Positions 24,801 through 30,925 of a stretch of DNA of 32,000 bases are shown piece by piece. The DNA comes from Candidatus Electrothrix sp. GW3-4 (lineage in GTDB: Bacteria; Desulfobacterota; Desulfobulbia; Desulfobulbales; Desulfobulbaceae): NCBI RefSeq assembly GCF_037902255.1, contig NZ_CP147990.1, positions 2,430,001 through 2,462,000 of the forward strand, in the 5' to 3' direction. Position 1 is the stretch's first letter; the number at the start of each line of letters is the position of its first letter. The notes beneath the pieces were generated by a model. The model worked only from the letters and a program-made list of their open reading frames with translations, was not told where the DNA came from and ran no database searches. The translations under genes were made by a program, and so were the position numbers.

Positions 24801-25446
24801 TAAGACTTTTGATGGAGTCGCTGCAGCGGTACAGAACATCCTGCTTGTCCACAGAGATAGACAGTTCAACGGTCTGGGCATAGAGAAAGGGGATGTTTTC
24901 TTTCAGCTGCTGAAGAAATATATTATACAGTTCCTCATCATACTCATCAGACATGTTTTCTTCAGCGAGAAGACCTGTCCTCACTACTTCTGGGTCCTCC
25001 TCAGGAGGCTCATCTTCTCCAGAGGCTGTGTCGTCGGGTATCCTCTCATCTTCAGCTGCCTCCGTATCGCCTTCAACAACTCGCCGTATCTGCTCTACAA
25101 GATCAGACACCTCGGTCTCCTCGGCCTGGGTACGCTCAAGTTCGTCAACCAAGAGCGTTATCCGGTCTTTACCGGCAATCAGCAGGTCCGTAATGGCCGT
25201 ATTCAGCGTAATCTCGTTGCGACGAATAAGGTCAAGCAGATTTTCCAGTTTATGAGACAGTTCAGAAACTCGCTCAATACCAACGAATTGAGCCGCTCCT
25301 TTGATGGTATGGATGGAACGAAAAATTTCATCCATCACCTCTTTATCTTCATAATCCTGTTCAAGCCGGAGAAGACTGCTTTCCATCTCTTCAAGATGTT
25401 CAGCTGCCTCAACAATAAAATCCGGTAACATTGATGAGTCTATCAT
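21874..25446 (-). CDS. cheA: chemotaxis histidine kinase CheA, unusually long (~1190 aa), with one canonical and two degenerate Hpt-like modules
   Basis: Hpt P1 is FRSIHTIKGAAQFVG (His49). P3 is IRVDAEKIDYLMNQVGELVV. P4 has DPLIHIIRNSVDHGIE, DDGRGLD and GRGVGMDVV. A C-terminal CheW-like P5 is present. About 650 aa between P1 and P3 consist of acidic linkers plus two paralogous helical modules. ATG 25446 follows GGTGGA; the ORF is open from GTG 25455. Confidence 0.92.
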   Translation of the reverse strand: MIDSSMLPDFIVEAAEHLEEMESSLLRLEQDYEDKEVMDEIFRSIHTIKGAAQFVGIERVSELSHKLENLLDLIRRNEITLNTAITDLLIAGKDRITLLVDELERTQAEETEVSDLVEQIRRVVEGDTEAAEDERIPDDTASGEDEPPEEDPEVVRTGLLAEENMSDEYDEELYNIFLQQLKENIPFLYAQTVELSISVDKQDVLYRCSDSIKSLKSSANYMGYEKLTQHYSNWQHAIENAVEQLSSGRMPNLSFMQDYLDEIIRSFPQAMEGYSQDDADILADNSGEEKHDTASIDSALNSIFSDEEPAVVSESLIELDDGTCDDQPEEEGETQGIDLDRALDSIFSDEHPRMSEAGEKGGDILSLDGEMPGEEAASISAMDPDGSLREEPNVEALSLNNELSDDEYDEELISIFLKKLKTDIEYIQARIGEYQAGGDKKTILNNCHDAIGHLASSANYMEYASLTSFCELWQSVVEGYLADVSAGIASDIIAGLQEFVDKIIGVYPQIIGDGGQQELGEFSGEENGGFGNDETFSGADKGMVAFASSQGGDDVSVAGVPEEKRDDKGEADKPEPERRTPEGSTDQTDHGDGGGSEEKALFDKLSSALEVSEYAAGVSEDSIDSVIEEIIEAPEQEGEHGQGARAEAGMEQSATPDDRAETPALGAGGHLLDKVVASNGADAIEAAAADDEMENRDDQHDDALEAPLTEDVAEEKSEVPGSADDTLDFIKSEVLKQHAEEEENRQGPAQKATVRSSIRVDAEKIDYLMNQVGELVVSRAYFAQLVNEMRGLEQQLLESSGVTKSQLKPLHEFSFRLSEAGVHLGRVSNELQEGVMKVRMLPIDQLFKRYPRLVRDLVHNTDKDVKLVTKGEETELDKMVIESISDPLIHIIRNSVDHGIETVEERLRVGKPAQGTLLLEAFHESDHIVLEITDDGRGLDTRRIKAKALEKGLIRKEEVMRMSDQELTRLIMLPGFSTAEKATKTSGRGVGMDVVKKNIEKLNGTVEIISEAEKGTRLRIKIPLTMAIIQALMVRVGQEKFTIPLTTVEETLRVFRDEISEIEGVDVIHLRDNTMPIFQLARIYNIDRQGQDEDKMFVVVVSTGTQELGIVVDELLGQEEVVIKPLADYLRVESGFGGATILGDGGISLILDIPELVKIAKENQVVRQEQRSLNFKRKKGSATETPQPVH

Positions 25447-25591
25447 ATTCTCCACCTTGTAACTCTCTGATTATTCTTATATCCAGAACACATACCAACT
25501 ATCCGGTGCCTTCCTCAGCCGTAACCAGCACGCTCTTTTTGCGTCTTTCTCACATTTTCCAGCCAATCAGCAACAAATATTTCCTTTCAGC

Positions 25592-26221
25592 TCAAGAGGT
25601 TGTTACTCCGGACTCCTGCTGGTAATCAGAAACCATTTTTTCATCTTCCAGCTTAATTTCAAAATAACTAAACGACATTACAATAGACTTGAGATCTTCA
25701 TTATTGCGATGCATTTTACTGATATCTTTTTGTATACTATTATTTATATTGAAATCGGACTGCTCCGTGTCCAATGAAAAATCCAAATCCTGGGCAATAT
25801 TCTCAAGCAGATCCCGGCTCAACTGGCTATGGTTCCATACAAAGAGTAAGACCTCCTGCATATTTATCGCCAAATCATTAATATTTTCACCGAGAGAGCC
25901 GATTTCATCTGCCCTTTTCATATGATTCAATGTTTCAAGATGGCCGTCTGCCATTAATCTGCTCGCTGCCCGTATCTCAGCTAAGGGTTTAATAATATTA
26001 GTTTTGCAATACATAATTGCGGCAACTTGAACGCTCACGAGGAAAAGCAGAATGACACAGAGTGAGGCATGAATAACTCTTGAATTCCCGCCACTGTGTC
26101 TGAAAAATAGATAGAGAAGGCCTGCTGCTGCAATCATGGTCAGCAAGAAGTTGAGTACAAAAAAAAGCTGTGCCTTTTTCTCCAAACTCACATCGTTTGC
26201 TGCCTGTAACAAAATAGACAT
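25592..26221 (-). CDS. small membrane protein with a HAMP-like domain (no output domain)
   Basis: Two hydrophobic segments (LFFVLNFLLTMIAAAGLLYLFF, ASLCVILLFLVSVQVAAIMY), then a HAMP-like stretch (IIKPLAEIRAASRLMADGHLETLNHMKRADEIGSLGENINDLAINMQ), then a ~90-aa polar tail. ATG 26221 is preferred over TTG 26230. Confidence 0.65.
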   Translation of the reverse strand: MSILLQAANDVSLEKKAQLFFVLNFLLTMIAAAGLLYLFFRHSGGNSRVIHASLCVILLFLVSVQVAAIMYCKTNIIKPLAEIRAASRLMADGHLETLNHMKRADEIGSLGENINDLAINMQEVLLFVWNHSQLSRDLLENIAQDLDFSLDTEQSDFNINNSIQKDISKMHRNNEDLKSIVMSFSYFEIKLEDEKMVSDYQQESGVTTS

Positions 26222-26460
26222 AGGCGACAAATCCGTTTTAAGATGAATTTTGTGGCGACCAGCAAAAACCGTCCCCCACTACACTGCCCGCAATTTTCTC
26301 CAAGGTCATGAGACGTTACATCTGTACCCTATCAATCTCCCCATGTTCAACATACGCTCTACGCAAGGTCTTCTTCTCTATAGAAGGTCATGAACGAAAA
26401 TACCGTAAAGACAGCTACCGTATACCCTCACAGTATACCCACGGTCCCGGTGGTCGGGAT

Positions 26461-26826
26461 CTAGTCCTCTGCTTCCGATTTCTCTATCATCTCCAAAATC
26501 TCTCTCGCCTTATGCTTGCTGGCAAAGCCCCTTGCTCCAAGGGCCTCAACTTCAGCCCGGTATATATCTTCATCAAGATTTGAAAGGAAGATGATATGGG
26601 CGTCGCTGTCATAGCGTAAAATCTCCTTTGCAGCAGCAAGGCCATCCATTTCACGCATAGTGATATCCATAGTAACGATATCGGGCTTCAGAGACTTATA
26701 TAACTCAATAGCCTCCAGGCCATTTTTCGCCTGCCCCACCACAATATGGCCCGGCGGCTGTAACAGTTTTGCGATCATCTTACGCATCATAGATGAATCA
26801 TCAACTATCAGAACTCGCTTACTCAT
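26461..26826 (-). CDS. cheY: single-domain response regulator CheY
   Basis: A 121-aa stand-alone REC with LIVDDSSMMR, VTMDITMREMDG and the receiver fold pattern. It lies 4 nt downstream of cheW. Confidence 0.9.
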   Translation of the reverse strand: MSKRVLIVDDSSMMRKMIAKLLQPPGHIVVGQAKNGLEAIELYKSLKPDIVTMDITMREMDGLAAAKEILRYDSDAHIIFLSNLDEDIYRAEVEALGARGFASKHKAREILEMIEKSEAED

Positions 26827-26830
26827 CTGG

Positions 26831-27343
26831 TTATTCTCCGTCTATTGCCTTAAGCTGCTTTAATTCATCTGCAAGGAGGATACGGTTAAAATCAAGCAGG
26901 ATCAGAAGGCTTTCACCGATATCGCAAACACCTCGTATATATTGATTGGCAAGTCCGGCCACAACAACTTCTGGTGGAGGCTCAATGGTACTTTCCACTA
27001 TTTTCAGAACCCTGGTGACAGAGTCCACAATGAATCCGGTCACCCTGCTATTAATATCCAGGATCAATATCCAGGCATCTTCGGATGCGCTGTCCTCACG
27101 AAAGAGATTCAGCCGCTTCCTCAACTCAATAACAGGAATAATATTACCGCGTAGATTAATAACACCTTCTATGAAATCAGGTGAGTTTGGTACAGATGTA
27201 ATAGGAGCTGAACGGATAATCTCCTGTACCATGAGAATATCTACCCCAAATTGTTCATTACCGATGGTAAAACCGACCAGCTGCATAAGCAGGTCTTTTT
27301 CTTCCTGGTCGGTCATTTTATCGGCTGCAAAAGTATCAGCCAT
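26831..27343 (-). CDS. cheW: chemotaxis coupling protein CheW
   Basis: A 170-aa protein with the CheW-domain pattern LVGFTIGNEQFGVDILMVQEIIR..ITSVPNSPDFIEGVINLRGNIIPVIELRKRL. Confidence 0.9.
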   Translation of the reverse strand: MADTFAADKMTDQEEKDLLMQLVGFTIGNEQFGVDILMVQEIIRSAPITSVPNSPDFIEGVINLRGNIIPVIELRKRLNLFREDSASEDAWILILDINSRVTGFIVDSVTRVLKIVESTIEPPPEVVVAGLANQYIRGVCDIGESLLILLDFNRILLADELKQLKAIDGE

Positions 27344-27447
27344 GGATTTTCTCCTTTCTTACGATTAACTGCCCTGCAGACCTTTGTTTCGCTGGCCTGC
27401 AGCAACGTACATATTTCCTGCTCTCATTCCCCGCGCCTGCAAAAGGT

Positions 27448-27489
27448 GTATCGCTCTGCGCCCCCAGGCCAGGAGACACAGAGCGATAC
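27448..27489 (-). other. 11-bp perfect-stem hairpin in the MCP-cheW intergenic region
   Basis: gtatcgctctg (27448-27458) pairs with cagagcgatac (27479-27489) around a 20-nt loop. It lies 34 nt downstream of the MCP stop on the transcribed strand. Only a short tttt follows, so it may be a partial terminator or processing/stability element. Confidence 0.4.
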
Positions 27490-27523
27490 GGCGACAGAAC
27501 AAAAAAACAGACAAAAGGTGCGC

Positions 27524-30500
27524 TTAGAGCTTAAACTGCTCAACCTGATGACGCAGTCTCTCAGAAGCAGCCTGCAACTCATCGGTAATGGACACAACCA
27601 CACCAGCGCCCTCAACCGTTTTTTGCGCTCCTTCAAAGGACTGTTGGGCAATCCTGACCGCATTCTGCGAACGCTCACCCTGAGCAGCAACCAATTCACT
27701 GAGCTGATCAGTACGACCCACAATCTCACGCATTTCAGAGTCAATGGCACTGGAACCGGCACTTGCTTCCGATACCAGGGCACTAATGATCTGAGACTGC
27801 TGAACCATAGAGGAAAGCGCTGACTCAGCTGCCTGACGACGAGCACCCTGCTCACCAGCCATCTTGGAGATCTCTTCTGCCAATTTGTTCAGTTCCTGAA
27901 CCAGGGTCTGGACGCTCTGGATATCGCCTTCAACAACCTGAGCAACCGCTGCAATCTCCTCAATGGAGCGCATATTATTACGACCGCTGGCGTCAATCTT
28001 GGAAAGAGCGTCCTGCAGTTCTTCAGAGTACCGTGTTCCTGCCTCAACGCTGGCAGCAGAATCTTTAATCAGCTGGGTAATCTCCTTGGCAGCTTCAGAG
28101 GAACGCTGCGCCAGTTTACCAACCTCGTCAGCAACAACCGCAAAACCCTTACCATGGGCACCGGCACGGGCAGCCTCAATAGCGGCGTTCAGGGCCAGCA
28201 GGTTTGTCTGCTCGGCGATTTCTGTAATAACGCCGATGATTTCAGAGATCTGACCAGAGGACTCGGCAATAGCCCGCATACCAGCAACCGTGTTTTCCAC
28301 CGCTGCCCGACCATCACTGGCTGCCTCCAGAGCCTCCTGACCCTGAGCCGTGGCAGCCTCTACCGCCTGGCCCATGTTCCGAACAGCTGCGGTAATCTCA
28401 TTCATGGATGCGGTCACCTGCATAACCATTTTACCCTGCTCATTGGAGGTGGACACAACCATGGCACCGGTTTCACCCATGGCACCCACACGATCAGTGG
28501 CGGTTTCCGCTTCCTCGGACTGTTTGATAACCGCGTCACTCACCGTATCCATGGATTGGAGCAGCTCTGCAATGGTTTGCTGAGAACGCTGCGCACTCGC
28601 CTGCTGCGCCTTGGCACCTTCAGCAACCTGACCCGCGGTCTGTCCCATGGTCTGGAGCAGCTCTCTGGTTTTCTCGGACTGCTGGGCCTCAACCTCAGCA
28701 CGATCCCTGTTCGCAGATGCACGACCAGCCACATTATCAGCGTTGGCAGCAACGGCCTGGGATACGGTCTGGACCTCGGAGAAGGCCGCGTTCAACTCAA
28801 CCAGCATATTGTTAAATTCGTCCGCCATCTGACCAATCTCATCAGTGGAGGTCGTCTCTACCTTCAGGGTGAGGTCACGTTCCGCAGCAACCTGACGAAC
28901 AACGTCAGCGATACGCACAATCGGGCGGGCAAAACCACCCCCAACAAACCAGGCAACAGCGAACACGATGACCGCAATAACAAGACCAATACCCAGGGCC
29001 TGGAGGCGCAGGGTGGTGATAGCGGCTAGGGCCTCGTCCACATCGATCTTGGCCTCAATCAACCAGTCAAAATCCGTATTCAGGGCCTTGGGCAGGTCCA
29101 GCTTAACAGCAGAGGAGAGAATAGGAACCCCCCGGTAATCCACAGATCGTTCCGTTACACCGGTATCAGAGCGGAAGGCGTCCGCAACAATGGTCGAGGT
29201 CAGTTTGGATTCAAACAGGGTCAGGCCCAGGCGGGAATCAGAGCGGGTCAGATGATCCTCACCCACGAGAAAGGACTCACCCTTCTCACCCAGACCGGCG
29301 CGCTGATCAACCAGGGCCTGGATATCGTCGTTGGTCAGACGGATCGCCACGATGGAAACCAATTGGCCCTGCTGAACAACCGGGGCCGCCACAAAGGCCA
29401 GGGGCTTATTGGCCGGGGCATAATGGGCGTAGTCCGTCATGGCTGTGCGGCGGGTCTCCTTGACCTGGCGGACCAGACGACCCAGGCCAGTGTCTTTCAG
29501 ATCCCCGGTCATGAGATTATTATGGTATTCCTGTTCCTTCTTGACCGAGTAATAGCAGTATCCGTTCGGCTCAATGAGATAGAGGTCAAAATAGTTATAG
29601 CCCTTCTGAACCTTGGTCAACAGGTCCTCGGTCTCCCCCTCATGGGTCGGGTTCATAACATCGGCCAGGGGACCGGTGGTGATCAGACCCCAGCGAAGAC
29701 CAGAAATATCCACCGTTGTATAGGTGGACAGCTCAAAGTCGCCGGTACTACCAACCTTGTACATAACGCCTGACTTGCCAGCCAAGGCCGCCTCGGAATC
29801 CTTGCCCGGTTTCAGATCACCGATCCGGCCCTCTTTGACCACGCGGTCAGAGTGCAGCTTAGGTGCGCCAGGATCACCGACCAGGTAGGACTCAAAGGTC
29901 TCAACCATCCCCTCACGCTCCTGGACAATGGCGTTGATCTCCTGGGAGGAGAGCTGGAAGGCCCCCACCCCGAGGAAGCGTCCTCCCTCCATAATCGGGG
30001 CCCCGAGAAAGAGGGACTGCTGATTATTAGACGGGGCATAGGCGCTATAATCCTCAAGAGCTGCCTTTTTCTCTACCTTGATCTTGGCAAAGAGGCGACC
30101 CAGCCCGGAATTGCGCAAGGCACCGTCCTCCACGTTCTGGCCCAGATCAGACTCACCAGCATGGGTGTAGACTACATCCCCATCGGCAGCAATGAGAAAG
30201 ACGTCGTAATAGCCATGCTCTTCGACAAAGGAGGCAAACATGGGGCCGTATTTCTCTTTATAGCCGTTCCAGAGGCTGCCGCCAACCTTGCCCCCCTCTT
30301 CATGAAGGGCCTCGCCAAACTCCTGGATGGCGTTCTGGGTACTGAGGTTTTTCGTCATCATGGTGGCGTCAGAAAAACGCTTGCCAAAATAGCGCTCCAG
30401 GGCCGCTTTCTTCAAGGCCTCAATACCCAGTGTCTTCGCAACAGCATCGGCACGAAGACCCTGAATAACCTCAGAGACCATCTCAATATCAGCATAGGCC

Positions 30501-30718
30501 TCCCCCAGGTAATCCACAATCTGTCCTTTTTTCAGGTCGCGGATACCCTCCAGCTGGTTATCAGCACGTGCCTCCAGGGCCTTGGCCGCCTGCAACTGGT
30601 CAACAAAGGCGTTGACCAGAAAGGGCAAAAGACCAACGGCGAGCATGATCGCAACCAGCTTACCGCGAAGTCCCAGACCTCCAAACCAGCCGGAAGTCGT
30701 CCTCTTCAAATTTTTCAT
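27524..30718 (-). CDS. methyl-accepting chemotaxis protein with two tandem Cache-like periplasmic modules, HAMP and a very long signalling domain
   Basis: TM1 is at ~20-38. The periplasmic region of ~535 aa holds two paralogous modules ([30 protein letters not shown] and [31 protein letters not shown]). TM2 is at ~575-596. HAMP is [28 protein letters not shown]. The conserved hairpin is [39 protein letters not shown] strong SD (GGAGGAGGGG) precedes the ATG. Confidence 0.92.
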   Translation of the reverse strand: MKNLKRTTSGWFGGLGLRGKLVAIMLAVGLLPFLVNAFVDQLQAAKALEARADNQLEGIRDLKKGQIVDYLGEAYADIEMVSEVIQGLRADAVAKTLGIEALKKAALERYFGKRFSDATMMTKNLSTQNAIQEFGEALHEEGGKVGGSLWNGYKEKYGPMFASFVEEHGYYDVFLIAADGDVVYTHAGESDLGQNVEDGALRNSGLGRLFAKIKVEKKAALEDYSAYAPSNNQQSLFLGAPIMEGGRFLGVGAFQLSSQEINAIVQEREGMVETFESYLVGDPGAPKLHSDRVVKEGRIGDLKPGKDSEAALAGKSGVMYKVGSTGDFELSTYTTVDISGLRWGLITTGPLADVMNPTHEGETEDLLTKVQKGYNYFDLYLIEPNGYCYYSVKKEQEYHNNLMTGDLKDTGLGRLVRQVKETRRTAMTDYAHYAPANKPLAFVAAPVVQQGQLVSIVAIRLTNDDIQALVDQRAGLGEKGESFLVGEDHLTRSDSRLGLTLFESKLTSTIVADAFRSDTGVTERSVDYRGVPILSSAVKLDLPKALNTDFDWLIEAKIDVDEALAAITTLRLQALGIGLVIAVIVFAVAWFVGGGFARPIVRIADVVRQVAAERDLTLKVETTSTDEIGQMADEFNNMLVELNAAFSEVQTVSQAVAANADNVAGRASANRDRAEVEAQQSEKTRELLQTMGQTAGQVAEGAKAQQASAQRSQQTIAELLQSMDTVSDAVIKQSEEAETATDRVGAMGETGAMVVSTSNEQGKMVMQVTASMNEITAAVRNMGQAVEAATAQGQEALEAASDGRAAVENTVAGMRAIAESSGQISEIIGVITEIAEQTNLLALNAAIEAARAGAHGKGFAVVADEVGKLAQRSSEAAKEITQLIKDSAASVEAGTRYSEELQDALSKIDASGRNNMRSIEEIAAVAQVVEGDIQSVQTLVQELNKLAEEISKMAGEQGARRQAAESALSSMVQQSQIISALVSEASAGSSAIDSEMREIVGRTDQLSELVAAQGERSQNAVRIAQQSFEGAQKTVEGAGVVVSITDELQAASERLRHQVEQFKL

Positions 30719-30823
30719 ACTTTCCCCTCCTCCTGTCTGTTTTCCGATAGTACCGATGGACCGGCTGCTACTGTCCGGTACCGGGCCTCGTTCTGCCGCA
30801 CTCCAAAGAACATGCCTCCATAC

Positions 30824-30856
30824 CTCCTTATGGGCTCCTTATGGGCTCCTTATGGG
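30824..30856. repeat. three perfect tandem copies of the 11-bp unit CTCCTTATGGG (minus strand CCCATAAGGAG)
   Basis: Direct reading gives copies at 30824-30834, 30835-30845 and 30846-30856. They lie in the 207-bp gap upstream of the MCP gene. Confidence 0.95.
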
Positions 30857-30876
30857 ATTTATATTATTTCTTTAAT

Positions 30877-30905
30877 ATATATCGGTATATCTTAAATATT
30901 GCAAT
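30877..30905 (-). promoter_or_regulatory. candidate sigma-70-type promoter for the MCP-cheW-cheY unit
   Basis: On the minus strand, TTGCAA (30905-30900), a 17-nt spacer and TATATA (30882-30877). This would place the 11-bp repeats in the 5' leader. Confidence 0.3.
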
Positions 30906-30925
30906 TGGATCCGTATTTTTTTTTC

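Noticed and set aside
21877-25428. Plus-strand ORFs 21877..22794 (305 aa), 24739..25428 (229 aa) and smaller ones opposite cheA
   Set aside because: These are antisense shadows of a strongly supported CheA CDS, with no recognisable motifs and no SD contexts.
26308-26583. 91-aa plus-strand ORF across the cheY 3' end, and direct GTATACCC repeats at 26420-26427 and 26433-26440
   Set aside because: The ORF overlaps cheY antisense and lacks features. The 8-mer pair is short, and the self-complementary GTATAC cores give only a weak 6-bp stem. It is noted as a possible operator but is too weak to call.
30824-30856. Possibility that the 11-bp tandem repeat is a CRISPR array or minisatellite-encoded peptide
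   Set aside because: The units are contiguous with no spacers and far shorter than CRISPR repeats. The period is not a multiple of 3, and the tract lies outside any supported CDS.
27963-30895. Long plus-strand ORFs (27963..28253, 28154..29029, 29252..29773, 29852..30895) opposite the MCP gene
   Set aside because: They lie entirely antisense to a CDS with unmistakable MCP motifs. Their translations are low-complexity (Gly/Leu/Arg-rich) shadows typical of GC-biased coding regions.
30890-30912. Sigma-54 (GGatccaaTTGCA) and sigma-28 (CCGATAT) look-alikes upstream of the MCP gene
   Set aside because: The GG-to-GC spacing is 2 nt too short for a -24/-12 promoter. The CCGATAT box has no TAAA-type -35 at the required ~15-nt distance.
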